NCBI GenBank assembly: GCA_000934665.2
Contig: KZ538056.1
Span: 62,001-126,000, forward strand
Length of the DNA stretch: 64,000 nt
Source of the DNA: Catajapyx aquilonaris
Taxonomy: Eukaryota
Reading direction: 5' to 3'
In this document: positions 1 through 12,500 of the stretch, one piece after another
Layout: each line of letters opens with the position of its first letter
Numbering within the stretch: position 1 is the stretch's first letter
Position numbers and translations under genes: made by a program
Notes under the pieces: generated by a model
Database searches by the model: none
What the model was told of the DNA's origin: nothing
The model's input: only the letters and a program-made list of their open reading frames with translations

Positions 1-1300
1 GAGGTAGTGCTGCTATACTTTTGGAGTGTGAAATACAAGTGTGGTTCACGCAATTCATATGAAGAGGTGGGGTGTTTTTGATCATGATATTGCAGGTGTA
101 CTTTGTAAATTAACAAACGGTGTATTTGTGGTTAGTGTTATATGGTCAATTTGTTATGCTACAACATTGTATGGTAAGCACAGAATAAAAAAAGAGGAGC
201 ACATTACGTAGTCATAGTAGTCTCGTTATGGGATAATGAGATTCTAATAGAGGTGCCATGGCTTTCCTTGGCGCTTGACTAGACAGTAGCTACTTCACCT
301 AATGGGTTAGAAGCGTAAGTGCGAACACATTGTAACAGTGTTCCACACCTGACATGATATTCTGTGCATATGACTTGAAGCTATTCTTCCCACTAATGAG
401 GTGTCGCCCGCAACTGACACCTGAACAATTCAGGAATTCCGAACTGTTACTTTGAAAACCACTCAAACACAAATGCAAGTGCGCTGTTATTGATGGATTC
501 ACTTAATATTGAATTAAATTCTACTCACCGCCAATGAAGGTTAAATTTTGTACGTTTCGCTTGTTTATGACCAGAAATTCCACGCGGTTTTTCATCAATT
601 TAAGTACAGGACACATCATAAATTATATTTACCATTCGTGTTTGACCACCCTGCCTACACTTTTTTTTTAAATCCTGCTATCAAAGCCTCATCTGCCAAA
701 ATGTGGTTAACCCTAGCCGAAAATATTAGACCGGACAAAATACCTCATCAAAACTGCAATGTGCGGAATTCAAGCCTATTTGAAGGCGAAATGAATAGGT
801 AGGCGCGATGCTAGCCATATGATGCAGCAGGGTTATCTTTACTGCCACACTTCCAGCCTGCTATGTACATTCGTATCAATTTGTTTCCTTTACGCGAGTG
901 TGGTGGAAAAGAGTCGACCGTCATCATTCTTTTTTCCCCTGTGCCCCCTCTCTCTTTATGGGGGGGAAGCCGATTTTTGGGGGAAAAAGTCAGCGGGGGT
1001 GAAAATTTACTGCTCAGAGTTTGCGAGTCCTGGCTACATTTGGCCCAAATGGAACAATATGTATTTTGTAAAAAGGAAGGGGGCAGAGCTAGGGAGGGAA
1101 TATGAAGAATACTCGCCTGCTTGAAAAATGGGTGCCTTTCTTGCCTTTTTTGGGGCTCACCCTTCCCCCTCTTTATAGGTCCACAGTCCCCTCATTTTTT
1201 TGGCGAATGCCTGTTGTACGGGTGGGATTAATGGTCTCAGGGAAAATTATGTGTTGGGAGGATGTAGGATGGGGCGCTTCCAAAATGAAAATTGCAAGGA

Positions 1301-1396
1301 GGTACTCATTTCGGTACTCCGGTGTACACCTGCAGTGGTACTCTTTGGTACTCCTTTGGTACTCCCTGGTACTCCCTGGTACTCCCTGGCGCTCCC
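1301..1396 (+). repeat. Tandem array of 10-12 bp units with core GGTACTC(C), copy A
   Basis: Sequence reads ggtactcatttc ggtactccggtgtacacctgcagt ggtactcttt ggtactccttt ggtactccct ggtactccct ggtactccct ggcgctccc. Confidence 0.85.
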
Positions 1397-1939
1397 AGAC
1401 AATAAACAAATAAGGTACCTGCACCAAATAAGGCCCACCTAACAGATAACAATTTTTCACCAGTCCTAGTGAATGTTGAGAATTTATTTGACTGCATGGA
1501 CAGATAGCCTACATCATGTAATAAGGCACAAGGCAATAAATCTCCGTATATGCTGCAATGGATATTTTTAGGCTGACAAACTGATAAGTAAAGTGTTACA
1601 CATGGGCCTTATTTAAGAGCATAATGTACCAAATAAGGACCACGTAAGTCCGCCAGGTTCAGTTGGAGTAAAGATGTCAGACTGGGAGAAAAGGGTGGAA
1701 TAAGTGGAGTGGAAAACTGGAAAAGCCGCGAAAATAATGGTTTCTGATAACATACTGTATAATGAACATGCATTTTTTTACTTAATATAACTGAAGCACA
1801 AATTATCACATTCTTTTACTTAACACACTAATAAGACTGAAAAATGTAACCTAAATCAAATATTTTATGGTGATTGTTGAATTTTGTGGCGCCCTTTCTT
1901 TACAATAAGTACATGCTGGAGAGAGTGTCATTATCGAAG

Positions 1940-2012
1940 TAGCGCAGTGGTCTAGTGGTTAAGACTCTCTCTTCGTAACCTGAAGGTTGAAGGATCGAAT
2001 CCTGAAAAAAGG
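1940..2012 (+). pseudogene. Degenerate tRNA-like sequence (tRNA pseudogene or tRNA-derived SINE head, Thr-CGT-like loop)
   Basis: A-box-like TGGTCTAGTGGTT (1948-1960) and B-box-like GGATCGAATCC (1992-2002) at tRNA spacing, loop TTCGTAA. Acceptor and anticodon stems do not pair well. Confidence 0.55.
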
Positions 2013-2140
2013 CGTCGTTTATTTTTATCGCTATGGACCTTTGTCTCTGCCTGACTTCATCTCGCATCTTACATTTATTTCTCTTTGAAGTGCATCTGGT
2101 AAATAGGCTAGATCTTCTTGCCACCCACAGTTTCGTTGAA

Positions 2141-2215
2141 GCAGAGCGTGGTTCTGTGGAAACGCGTCGGACTCTAGATCGAAGGGTGCTGGGATCTAAT
2201 CCCGGGGCTTCTTCG
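2141..2215 (+). pseudogene. Second degenerate tRNA-like sequence
   Basis: gcagagc-gt-ggttctgtggaaacgc (A-box-like), loop CTCTAGA, T-arm ctggg-atctaat-cccgg. Stems are imperfect. Confidence 0.45.
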
Positions 2216-2830
2216 GTTGCGGTCAGGCAAAGAAAAAAAAAATTTGCTCCCAGAAATTTAACTATAGGTCCAATAAAATCACCAGCACATGCAAATTATT
2301 CGGCACCATTTTTAGTTCATTTTCAATGGTTTGTTGCAGGCTGACCTTTGACCTGAAAGGCCCTAGTATTAGGTTTTTGGTCTGGGGCCAGACCCTACCT
2401 CGGTCTCCATCTGTCGGGTCTCTCGTAATGAGACTGTACAGAGCACAGTAGTACATAGATATACAGTATATCTCTCGATGTGAGGTAGTATCCCCTAGCC
2501 AAATGTAGCAGTCCCAGTTGGCTGGTATCAGTATGAATGTGACGTAGGCGAGTGGTCACCTCTTGGGGTCATCAGGACGGACGAATACATCACTGTTTCG
2601 TGGCATTGCTCTATGGATTAATAAAATAATAAATCCCGACCCGCTTCTGCTGTGTGGGTGCTGGAGATGCGCAGATCGTTCGACGCGGTCTGGCACGAGT
2701 ACTAAAACCTCTCCTCGTTCTATAGGCCTACTCATAATCTGACTTCTTCTTTTGTTGCTTTTTCAAATCCATTTTTAAGCAATCAAGTCGATCGAGGCTT
2801 ACATGCTATCAAGGGGGTCAAAGGTTGTGT

Positions 2831-2903
2831 ATACTCATTAGGTACTCCTTAGGTACTCCCAGGTACTCCTAGGTACACCTTGAATTTGGTACTCCGGTGT
2901 ACA
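2831..2903 (+). repeat. GGTACTCC tandem array, copy B
   Basis: Units ggtactcctta, ggtactccca, ggtactccta, ggtacacc. Shares the 16-mer GGTACTCCGGTGTACA (2888-2903) with copy A (1313-1328). Confidence 0.85.
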
Positions 2904-5900
2904 TTTTGCAGTCGAGTGGGTACCCCCTCGGAAAATTGTCGCCCACGTGTGACACGGGTTTGCCAAATTGCTTACCTCGGCACTGGCCAAACCAATGCAA
3001 ATATGGGAGGATATAACGCAGCGTGATCACAGCCCCGCCCCAGCCGGACTCATCATTCGGGATTCGCACTTGAGAATGTGTGCCACCATCCATAAGTAGA
3101 TGGATGGAACAGGTTAGTTACTTTTGCCAGCGGAGGGACGGAACGTTTATTGGCGTTTCAGCCCCCAATCCCTTCGCAATCAGTCCGATCCAGATGCACT
3201 GGCGTCGCTGTAATGAGGGAGGAGGTGGAGAATTTTTTGAATGCAGATATGCCACATTCTCTGGTGCTCTAGAGGAATGACCGTATTAACGCAGAGGCTG
3301 CTGTGGCAGTATGGCGTCGGTAATTTTTATGCAAAAATTACATGACGAGAACTGACGCGAGTAGAAGATGCCATAATGCATTTTACTTGGAGTATTTATT
3401 TGGGAAATTATTAGACTATACTGCTGAGATCCACGATTCCTGATCGCCCATCCCCCAAAGTATGACCGTACATTAAATTTCCGCACCATTAAATGAGCCG
3501 TTATGATTCAGCAAGAGTATGGATCAAAATAGCAAAGCGAGACAGTAAACAAAAACCTCATAATAACGTCACAGCAGAATGAAAAATACACAACGACGAG
3601 AGGTGTTATGCATGTTGTCATAAATTATCCCAATATTCTGTGCCCTGAATCACGCAATTAAAAATAATGCAATTTGTACATACTAATTCGGACAAAACAT
3701 ACTACTGCTATGCAGAATAAATATAAGCCACGGTAGAAAGCAATATGCGACAAATGAAATATGTTTAGGCAAGCGGAAATCAATTAAATTAACTTATTTA
3801 ACATTGTTCTAATATAATATTAATTCCGTAGCATAGTCATGACGGGAAGATGAGATATATATTACAGCAGCAGTTTCACATTTTACGGTAAGCAAACATT
3901 ACTTGCTAAAAATGCATGAGCGGTTTTAATTTTGACATCCATCCTATACTCAGTAAAGGATTGCCATGCACACAGCAGCAACCGCGTTCAAAATAATGTT
4001 CTCTCGACTCAGTACACACTTGTGCACCGATGCAAATAATTTAAACCCCAGTTACTCAGTGAGAAATAACTGTATGCACAAGTTCTCCTGACCATATACG
4101 TTCAAGTGAACCAAACTCATGCTCTCTTGAACTGCCTGCCCCTGACGACAACGTGGAAGGCCAGCGATGTAAGTAGTCTGTCGGTCCACTCCTGGGAACG
4201 AAAATGGCGTCCTATTCTGCCCACTTTTCCTCCCCAATCACGACTATTCTACGCTTCATCAAGCAAGCGAATTGAAAAATTTCGGATTCCGTCCCCTCCC
4301 CCACCTATACCTCTCCCTACCCCCACCATTCCCTCCAAACCCCTTATACCATCACCCGCCTGGCACTCTTTATCTTCCTCTGGGTCCCGCCCATGGGAGT
4401 AGAAAATCAGTGCTTGAAATAAAAGAGTGCTCGTTGAGCCAGGGGGGCAGACCCCAGTGGATGTTGTTGAGGAGGAATGAAGAGGACGCAATCCAAATGA
4501 GGCGGGTGACCTCAACCAGCCCTTGTGCAGCCAGCACAGATGAAAAACTGCCGTCCGGGATTTCATTTCCATTTATCTTGCGCTGGAAGTGAAAAGAATG
4601 GGCCAAATTGTGCCATGCTGCTGGATATATAAGGAGGAGAGGCTCAGGATCTTTTTTTCTTTTCAGCCTCCCAACCTCCTTATGTGATGCTCCCTTTTTT
4701 TATCCACAAACACCATACATCTTTCTCCCTTGTTGACAATGAGGAGGAAAAGCACATTTGGCATTCAGTTACAAAGCACCCAATCATCTCTACATATATC
4801 TAGCCCTGGTCTTACCCTGTTTCTTGGCGATACTCTCTTTTCCACTTTAGCTCGCAATTTTTTTTCCCCCGAGTTTTTATGGGCACCACTTTATTGTCTT
4901 ACGGGATGGTTACAGGAGTGGAACAGTTTATGCCTGCACATTATATATGGCACTAGAGTTCCGTTTACTTTCGCAGCTAATAATGGGGCTAAGGTGCTGG
5001 GCCAGAAAGAGGATTCAGCATCTGGGCACATATTCTGGGTTCCTTTTTTTTAGGGAGGGTGCTGTGGCTGAGGGAATAGTTCCAGGCCTGTGAGTAGATG
5101 AGAAGAAGTTTGGAGTAGAGTCACGTTGTGGGGAAGGGATGTGTTTCCTTCGGGACGATATTGGCTGTGGAATTGAAAGACGATTGCTTTTGCAGATGGA
5201 CCCTCCCCACCCTTCCTCTTACGATTTGCACATCCCAACAGGCGGCGGTCTCCCTCTTCCCAACATCACAGAAGATGGGGGACAACGACACAAAAAAATC
5301 TTCGTTTGAATCCCAAGTCTTCGCCCTGGTTCCACAGACGAAACAACAATTGGGCCAAAACTCTATAGGAATCCGATCCTCTTCAGATTGAGGACAATTT
5401 GGGGTCGATTTCTCGCCGGGGTTTCGTCCGCCAGATTAATTGATATCTTCTTAATTAGTTTGCGGGGAACCAGGGAGGGATTCATCTCGCTAGGCACAAA
5501 TTGGATTCTCCCAGAGTCCTTTCCCCCCTCTCTTTTCTCCACTGTACGTCCCCCCCAACCAGCTAACCAACCAACCAGCCAACCACTCTTCTTTTTCAGC
5601 CGGACCCCCTCTCTTCTCACGTCAGTTACGCCGGATTTCCCTCCACCAGGGGGACTGATAATTCGGCATAACTCAACCAAGTGGAAAGAGGATTCGAGCC
5701 TTAATGCAGTCTTCCTGGACGCCTGTTTCATGGGTCGGAGGTCATTACCAGCAGCTACCCGCCTTAAACCGATTACCCTCAAAGTACGCGGTACTCTGCC
5801 CACAAAAGGTCGATACTGGTTTCGCCTCCGAATTATTACGGGCCTAGGACCGGTCGCATCAACTTTAACGAGAAAATAACTATATATAATTAGTGATTCT

Positions 5901-8900
5901 TCCTTATATGCCTGAGAGAAGCTACGTTGACAAAAAGCGCAGGTTGTAGCATAATGTGTAATGCAGGAGTTTTGCAAGCTAATTAGTCTAGCTGGATGTT
6001 GATTTGAATCCATAAAGAGAGAGGAGAAGCATGAGTAAAGCCGCATTCTGAGGCCTAAAGGAGAACTGGATGGAGCTCCCTCATCATTAGCTGCTAATTA
6101 AGAAGAACCGACTGGGTTTAGGGAATTAAGGGCGGCCGCAAAGTTGGCAGTTTGCACTTGTCTTGCGGCGGAATTATTTCAAAAGGCGCCGACTTGAACT
6201 TTTGCGAGCGGAATCGTCCGCTCAACTCATATTAATTAATTAATCTGATGAGGGCCTAATTAGGGACCTACCTTGGCGGAGGAGGCCACACTGCAGTAAG
6301 TGGCCTCGATCTTCTTACTCAGTCGTCAGATTGGGCAGTGCACTACTTTTGGTGCACCTTGTACTGCGCGGGCATGAAATCCGTCAGGTTGCGGGTTAGA
6401 TTATTATGTGACTTCATTATGGACCGCTACCTGTTTACTCCGCAACGTGGTCGGTATGGCCGAGAGTGCTGGCCCTGTTACGAACATGAAAGCAAGCCGT
6501 GCCTGCAGTACAGGGATGCCAGGGCGTTTCCTCCAAATTAGAAGGGAACAATATAATGCTGCAGTGAATCATTTCAGGCTAATATTAAGAGCAGCAGGAA
6601 AATGCAGTAATGGTTCAGGATAATTCACCTCCGCCGGAACATTTTTGTAGGCAATGGCAAACAAGGAAACTGCATTTCCACTGCTCTCTTTTTCTCTCTT
6701 TGCACTAACGGTATGGAACATCAAGGTGACGCACACAATTTTTCTATTTGAAATGTTGCATACGAAACAATATTGTAGTGGAATTTGCTAATAAATGCTC
6801 CTCAAAAAACCTGGTCTGTATTATCCTGTACGATTTGTATAGTACATCACATGCAATCTGTTGCGCGTAAATGATCAATCATACTTGTTTAGCGTTCCAA
6901 AACTCTGCAACATATTTACATATGTTCAACTTCTATGGCATTAAAGAGGGGAGTCCCCCGTTGTTGCAGAAAATAATGACGACAGCAACATCTGGTGGTA
7001 TTTCTTTTATAACAGATGTAGCTATACTTTGCTGTGCAATTGTTGGTTCTGCAAAGTGCAGAACAAAATGCTGCTGTTTACATTCAGTCTACAGTTTAAT
7101 CCTATGTGCATTTGCAAGCACGTTCCATGCAAGCTTCAGTAAATATGTGCGGCCGAGAGTTTATGTAAGTCAACAAATACGCAGATGGTCAGGAGCATTG
7201 TACACTGTACAGTACTGGTCTCGCCAAGCACATTTTTCATGTCAGCAACTTGATTAAAATGGTTGAAATAAAAATAATAAGTTCAGGGAGACAGACGCCT
7301 GACACCAAACGGGTTTAATTCAGTAGTTATACTCGTATTTGTAGCCTCGTAAAATCGTTCACGGTCACCAATGTTATCATCTTTTTCCCATGACAATGCA
7401 GAAATTATTATTATTATGCCTGATGCGTTATTATTGATAGAAAAGGACACGATGGTGTCCTTTTTTATTTGCATGCACCAGAGTGGAAACTGTTGCGAGT
7501 GTCTCAATATTTATTAATATCTCAATTATCACTTTTTTATTTGTACCAGCTTGGTTCATGTACAGATTCGCAAACACACAGAAAATATGTTCTCTTATAT
7601 AAGTAATCCCCTCGAATATTTCCTTAAAGGAATTCGCATAACCTATGTACAGAACAGCAAAAAGCACTATTTTTTTAAATAAATTCACTTAGCATGTGAG
7701 GGCTCTAGAGCACGATTGATATAAGTTATTATACTCGTGCAACTTGCGAATGTGACTCAAGAACAGAGACAACCAAAATAACCGAGGCAAGAGTAGAAAG
7801 CGAAGATGACTTCCCAATCAGTGTATTATGTACATAAATAGCTCAAGGGGCCGGAATTCTAATAATCATGAATAAATATAACAACAACAACGTGAACAAC
7901 AACAAGATGTGGACAGGGTGACGTGATTCTAGGGAAGCAAAATATGACTTCGTTTGACTGCGTGACATTTTGGTGAACCGTAGGGGACAAAATAAACTGT
8001 GCGCACTCCTTGCATCACAAAACGACATTAAAAAAAATCTCTGAGAGCTAGTTTAAATGTATTTAAGGCTGCGACAAACAAGGCTTTTACTTGAGTAGCT
8101 TTTGTTCATGTTAAAATTGAGTGTGGCCCCTCTTCCCCTATGTCGGTGTTGCCTCGGGTTTGCGGGTCAGGTCAGGTGGTCATTGTGGCTGGATGAGGGA
8201 GTAAGGCACGTTTATCATTTTAGCTATCCAGAACCACGTGGCTATACAAAGGTCAGGTCATAAGGTTGTTGCCGCTGTGCTGACATATTTTACGTACTCA
8301 AGAGACATTGCTGAAGTATATTCGTCACTTGTTGTATGCATACTATATACAGACACTGTGATACTGCTACAAGATCTCTGTAGCGGTTGAAAATACTGAT
8401 TATAATACTTCTGTCAGCCACAAGAACCATGCACTTTGTTGAACTCATCCGACATAAGTTTAGTTGAGATTATATGCATATTTTTGGTGACATGTTAACT
8501 CTCGGCAGTTCAGTTTTTCCAGAATCGTGCTTCAAAAATTGGCAGTCACATTTTGCACGAAGTGATATTTGCTCTATTTGGGCACTATGAGTAGGCCTAC
8601 ATAGACTACCATCCAGTAAACTAGGTTACGGAATGCAGCAGCGAAGAGATTGCCAGCACAGCGGCAACTCACACTTTACGTAACCCATGTAACTATGATC
8701 TACAGAAGACGAGCCTAAGAGGGATTTTGTGTGTTAATTTTTGACATTTTTGTGCTCACTAACTCCGTTCTGCACTCTGCTGCATGAAAACGTGCTCTCA
8801 TTACAAGCTTCCAAGGACAAGAAAATTTGGTAGTTTGGGTTGAGGCAGAGAGGGGGGTAGGGGAGGAGAGGTGGGCGTGGGAGGGATGTAACAGGCTACT

Positions 8901-9529
8901 CTATAGTGGAGCATATCCTTTACGTACAGTACCTTATTGTTACGAGTATGAATGAGTATGAAAAGCTTTCTGTATAAGCTACAACAGGGTTTCCAAGTCT
9001 GGCATTCAGTGTCCACCAATGTCTACAGCCGCATACTGTAGGGCAGTGCTAACATCATTCTATGTATACCTAGTGGCTGGTTATAGCAGCGGAATCTAAA
9101 GCACGACAACAATACCCTAAGAAGAGCCCTGGGGTTTTGGTCGTCATTACTATTTCATCTTCCTCTTCTTAATCTCAACTTCCTCCTTCGTGTCTTGTAC
9201 TGTCAAGGCACGGAATCACAACTCGAACCAAGACGATGAACAGAACAGACGGTATGGTATGGTATAGAGTACATTTGGATGCGGGTGGTTATAGGATAGG
9301 ATAGTGGTGTAAGGCCAATCAAAAATTCCAGACAATAATCTCTCTGCGCGCGCATGACAAATATTAGGCCTATCTCCATTTGGGTCGAGTCCTTGGAGTG
9401 CCAAAGAAACCAATCGATGAATGAATTAACCAACAAATGAATGGATCGATCTCTGTTTCCAAAAAGTGCTCTCCTTTGGCGACATGGTAACAAACTTTGG
9501 TTTGTAGAGTAAGTTGAATGGCCTACGCT

Positions 9530-12500
9530 TTATCTGACCAGGAGAGAGGTTCTGGTGACTGCGGTAAGTATTAAGGATAGAGAGATGAGACTCCAGGATG
9601 CGATGGATGCTGAAAAGAAGCATTAAAAACAGTTATTCCAGTGAGAAAGTTGTGGGGGCGAATGAGCAATCGGATATGATGACTGACCTCCAGCAGCTGA
9701 AACAGTGTTCATTCCTCCAGCCAGTCGCGGAATGACTTGTCGGTCTTCTGATTTAAGTTGATTCAGATGACTTTCACTCACAACTTGTGCTGCCTCTCGA
9801 GGAAAGTTTTTAATCTGCTCTGAACTCAGTTCCTGAAAAGGCAAGAGATATTTAGCTACTATTATATGATCATTCTAGGGCAATATGCAACAAGGTGTAG
9901 AACAAAACAAGATGGTACTTACACGGAAAACTTCAGGTGGCATGTTTACGACCGCCGATGGCGTGATCCCCCGGATGGCTCTAGGGCGAATGACCTCCAG
10001 GTCTGCTTGAGTGACCCCAGCGAACACGGTGCCCAGTGCTCGCACCTCTGCCGCTGTCCACTGTTGTGGAGGGCCAAAAGCATCCATTCCTTTGGCCAAA
10101 ATTGCAAATCCCGCTAACACCTCATGCTTGCAGCTGCGTAGGTTGCGTAGGACTGGTGACGCGTTCCTATGTAACAGTTAATATAGTCAGTGCATCTTAT
10201 GCTACTTTCTGATGGTTGAATAGAGTCCAGATGATTTGGACGTAGATAATTTTTCACGTAGGGTCATGCGTAAAATAATGCATGGAAAACTTACAAAAAG
10301 TAATCTGGTTTGATTCGTGTGATCTGCTCTTTGTTGAATCCGCACAGAATGTTATTGAGGTAAATGAGTGTTTCAGTGTTGTAGTCAACGCCTGGGGGGC
10401 CTTTCACCCTCTCAACCCTCACTGCGAGTGCGTTCAACTGAAATCAGAGCCACATTAAAGGTACATTTCCACGAGTGAAGTATCGTACACATGATTCTAC
10501 CTGCTCCTGGCTCAGCATATGGTCCTGTCCAAATGCCGTCAGGACGTCCAAGTTATCCAGAGGTAGAGAGAGGGCGTGTGTGGGATCGACACCACGTGCA
10601 ACCCAACCTACATGGCGTAGCACTCCCGCGGGGATTTCTTCCACTTTCCCCTTGTAGAACTGAAACCAGACACAAGCAATTACATGGCAGCCAAAGCTAC
10701 AGTAACAAAACCAATTACCTCCACAAGTTTGTGCCAAATAATGGAGCTTCTCTTCTCGCAGAGCTTCTTCTTGCCCAGCTCATAAAGACATAAGGAGACT
10801 TCTTCTGGATCCATGGTCTTCAGTTGGGAAGAAGAGAATGTCGCCCCGGAAGTGGCCAATCGGACTGCCTCACAAGTCAGCTGGCCGCTATCTAAGGAAC
10901 ATGGTTAGGTCAGACAGGTAGCTCTAGGGACAATTACCCATCAACATGCAGAGTCACAAGAGTACAATGTGCTTACTGCTCCTCTTCCGTCGACGCTTGG
11001 AAAGAACAATCTGATCAGCAATAGCCATGGCAGCAGCTGCCCTCTTTTCCTCCACCTTTGCGAAATCTTTCTCCAGCTGGTCCAGAACACCCAGTTCACG
11101 TCCGCAGTTGACCTGTATCAAAACAATTTCAGTAACATCGTTGAGGATATGCAATTAAGATATACTGTATTCCAGATGCTCTCACCTGGGCAGCATCTTT
11201 GAGTTCCTTGAGGTGAGAAGGTGGCTCCTGATCAGAAATGCAGTGGCAGTCCAGGATGACATCTCGTCGGATTTCACCAAGAGTGCTAGAACTGAGGACG
11301 TCGAGGGAGCAGCAGAGGAAAGCCATGGTGCTCCCATCCCACCACTTGGCAGGTCCGAACACCTCCAAAATTCTGGCCTCCAGGGCAGACCTTTGATCTG
11401 GTTTGAGGCAGGCCTTGATGCGAAGGCGTCCATTCTGAGGCTGGTCGTCGTCGTCCTCCCCATCGTTCGTTCCCTGCAGCACTGGAAGCACCTGCTCCAG
11501 AGCAACTGGAGTCAATTGCCTGATGGCAGAAGCGGGCAGGTCCTGCACAGCGTTTCCCATGGCGGTCAACTTCTCCACTCCTACTTCATGTGCCTTCCCA
11601 TATGCCTCCTGGAAAATTATTATCAAACATGTCATTATTATGCGAAACACACACATACCGTGACTGTTTCAATGGAAGGAAAACTTACAAGTGCCTTAAG
11701 ACCTTCATCAATGATGGCCTCTCTTTGAGCTCTGGGAACTTCCAAGTAGTCTGTCTTGCGAAGATCGCCCAATGAAGTGAGGATTTCTCTCTTTTTGTCC
11801 GAAGCTATGTTCGAGGCCGTCAGCGCCCCCTTGCTGATGTAAATGAGTAAAGTTTAATCGTTAAAGATTATTGCATCTCCTTTCATATAGATAAAGTAGA
11901 CAGTATGCTTACTCGAAAAGAGCCAGGACGGAGCCAGGGATATTGATAAATTCTGCCTGTGACATTTGCTTGAGGAGCTGCTTTTCAGTTGCGTCAGGAC
12001 TGCTGCCCTTTTCGCGAAGGTAAGCATCCAAATGACTCTTCAGAGCCCAGAGCTAAATAAGAACCAAAGTTTTTCAGGTAGTAATATGCATTAGAATTAG
12101 ACAGTATACCAGTATACCACTACTTGAAATATAGTTGAAAATACAGACCACTTGAGTTGAAGGGCCTTCCTTGGCGTTCTTGATGGCCAACATCAGGCCA
12201 GGAATGTGTTCTGGGTTGAATCTGGAAATGTCTTCAGGAGTGAGTACACTGAGGAGATTCGGCTGGTCCTCCAGGTCCTTTGCGGTCAGATTGCGACCAC
12301 CAAATCGCTGGAGTTCCTCGAGAGCAAAGTGCATTTTTTGAGGAGAAGAAGACGGCAGTCCTCGGAGGAATGAGCCTGCATTGTGTTCTGGGATGGACGA
12401 GGTCGGAAGAAGTGCCCTCATCTGCGGGGGCAGGTGGGATGCCACCGACTCCAGCAACCTCGAATCCCTCAACATGCCCATCAGCATTCCCTTGATGGGC

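Noticed and set aside
1301..1396. GGTACTCC array as a CRISPR array
   Set aside because: Units are 10-12 bp with no unique spacers, there are no cas genes, and the context is eukaryotic.
2141..2215. Amber-suppressor tRNA (CTA in the anticodon position)
   Set aside because: Anticodon and acceptor stems are mismatched and the T-loop lacks TTC, so it is unlikely to fold into a functional tRNA.
5363..6046. 227-aa and overlapping 163-aa ORFs
   Set aside because: No recognisable domain, low-complexity composition and no convincing exon structure.
9426..9844. Apparent frameshift or TAATG overlap between ORFs 9623..9844 and 9426..9623
   Set aside because: Explained by a 78-nt GT-AG intron (9687-9610) leading to a GPI-signal exon in a different frame.
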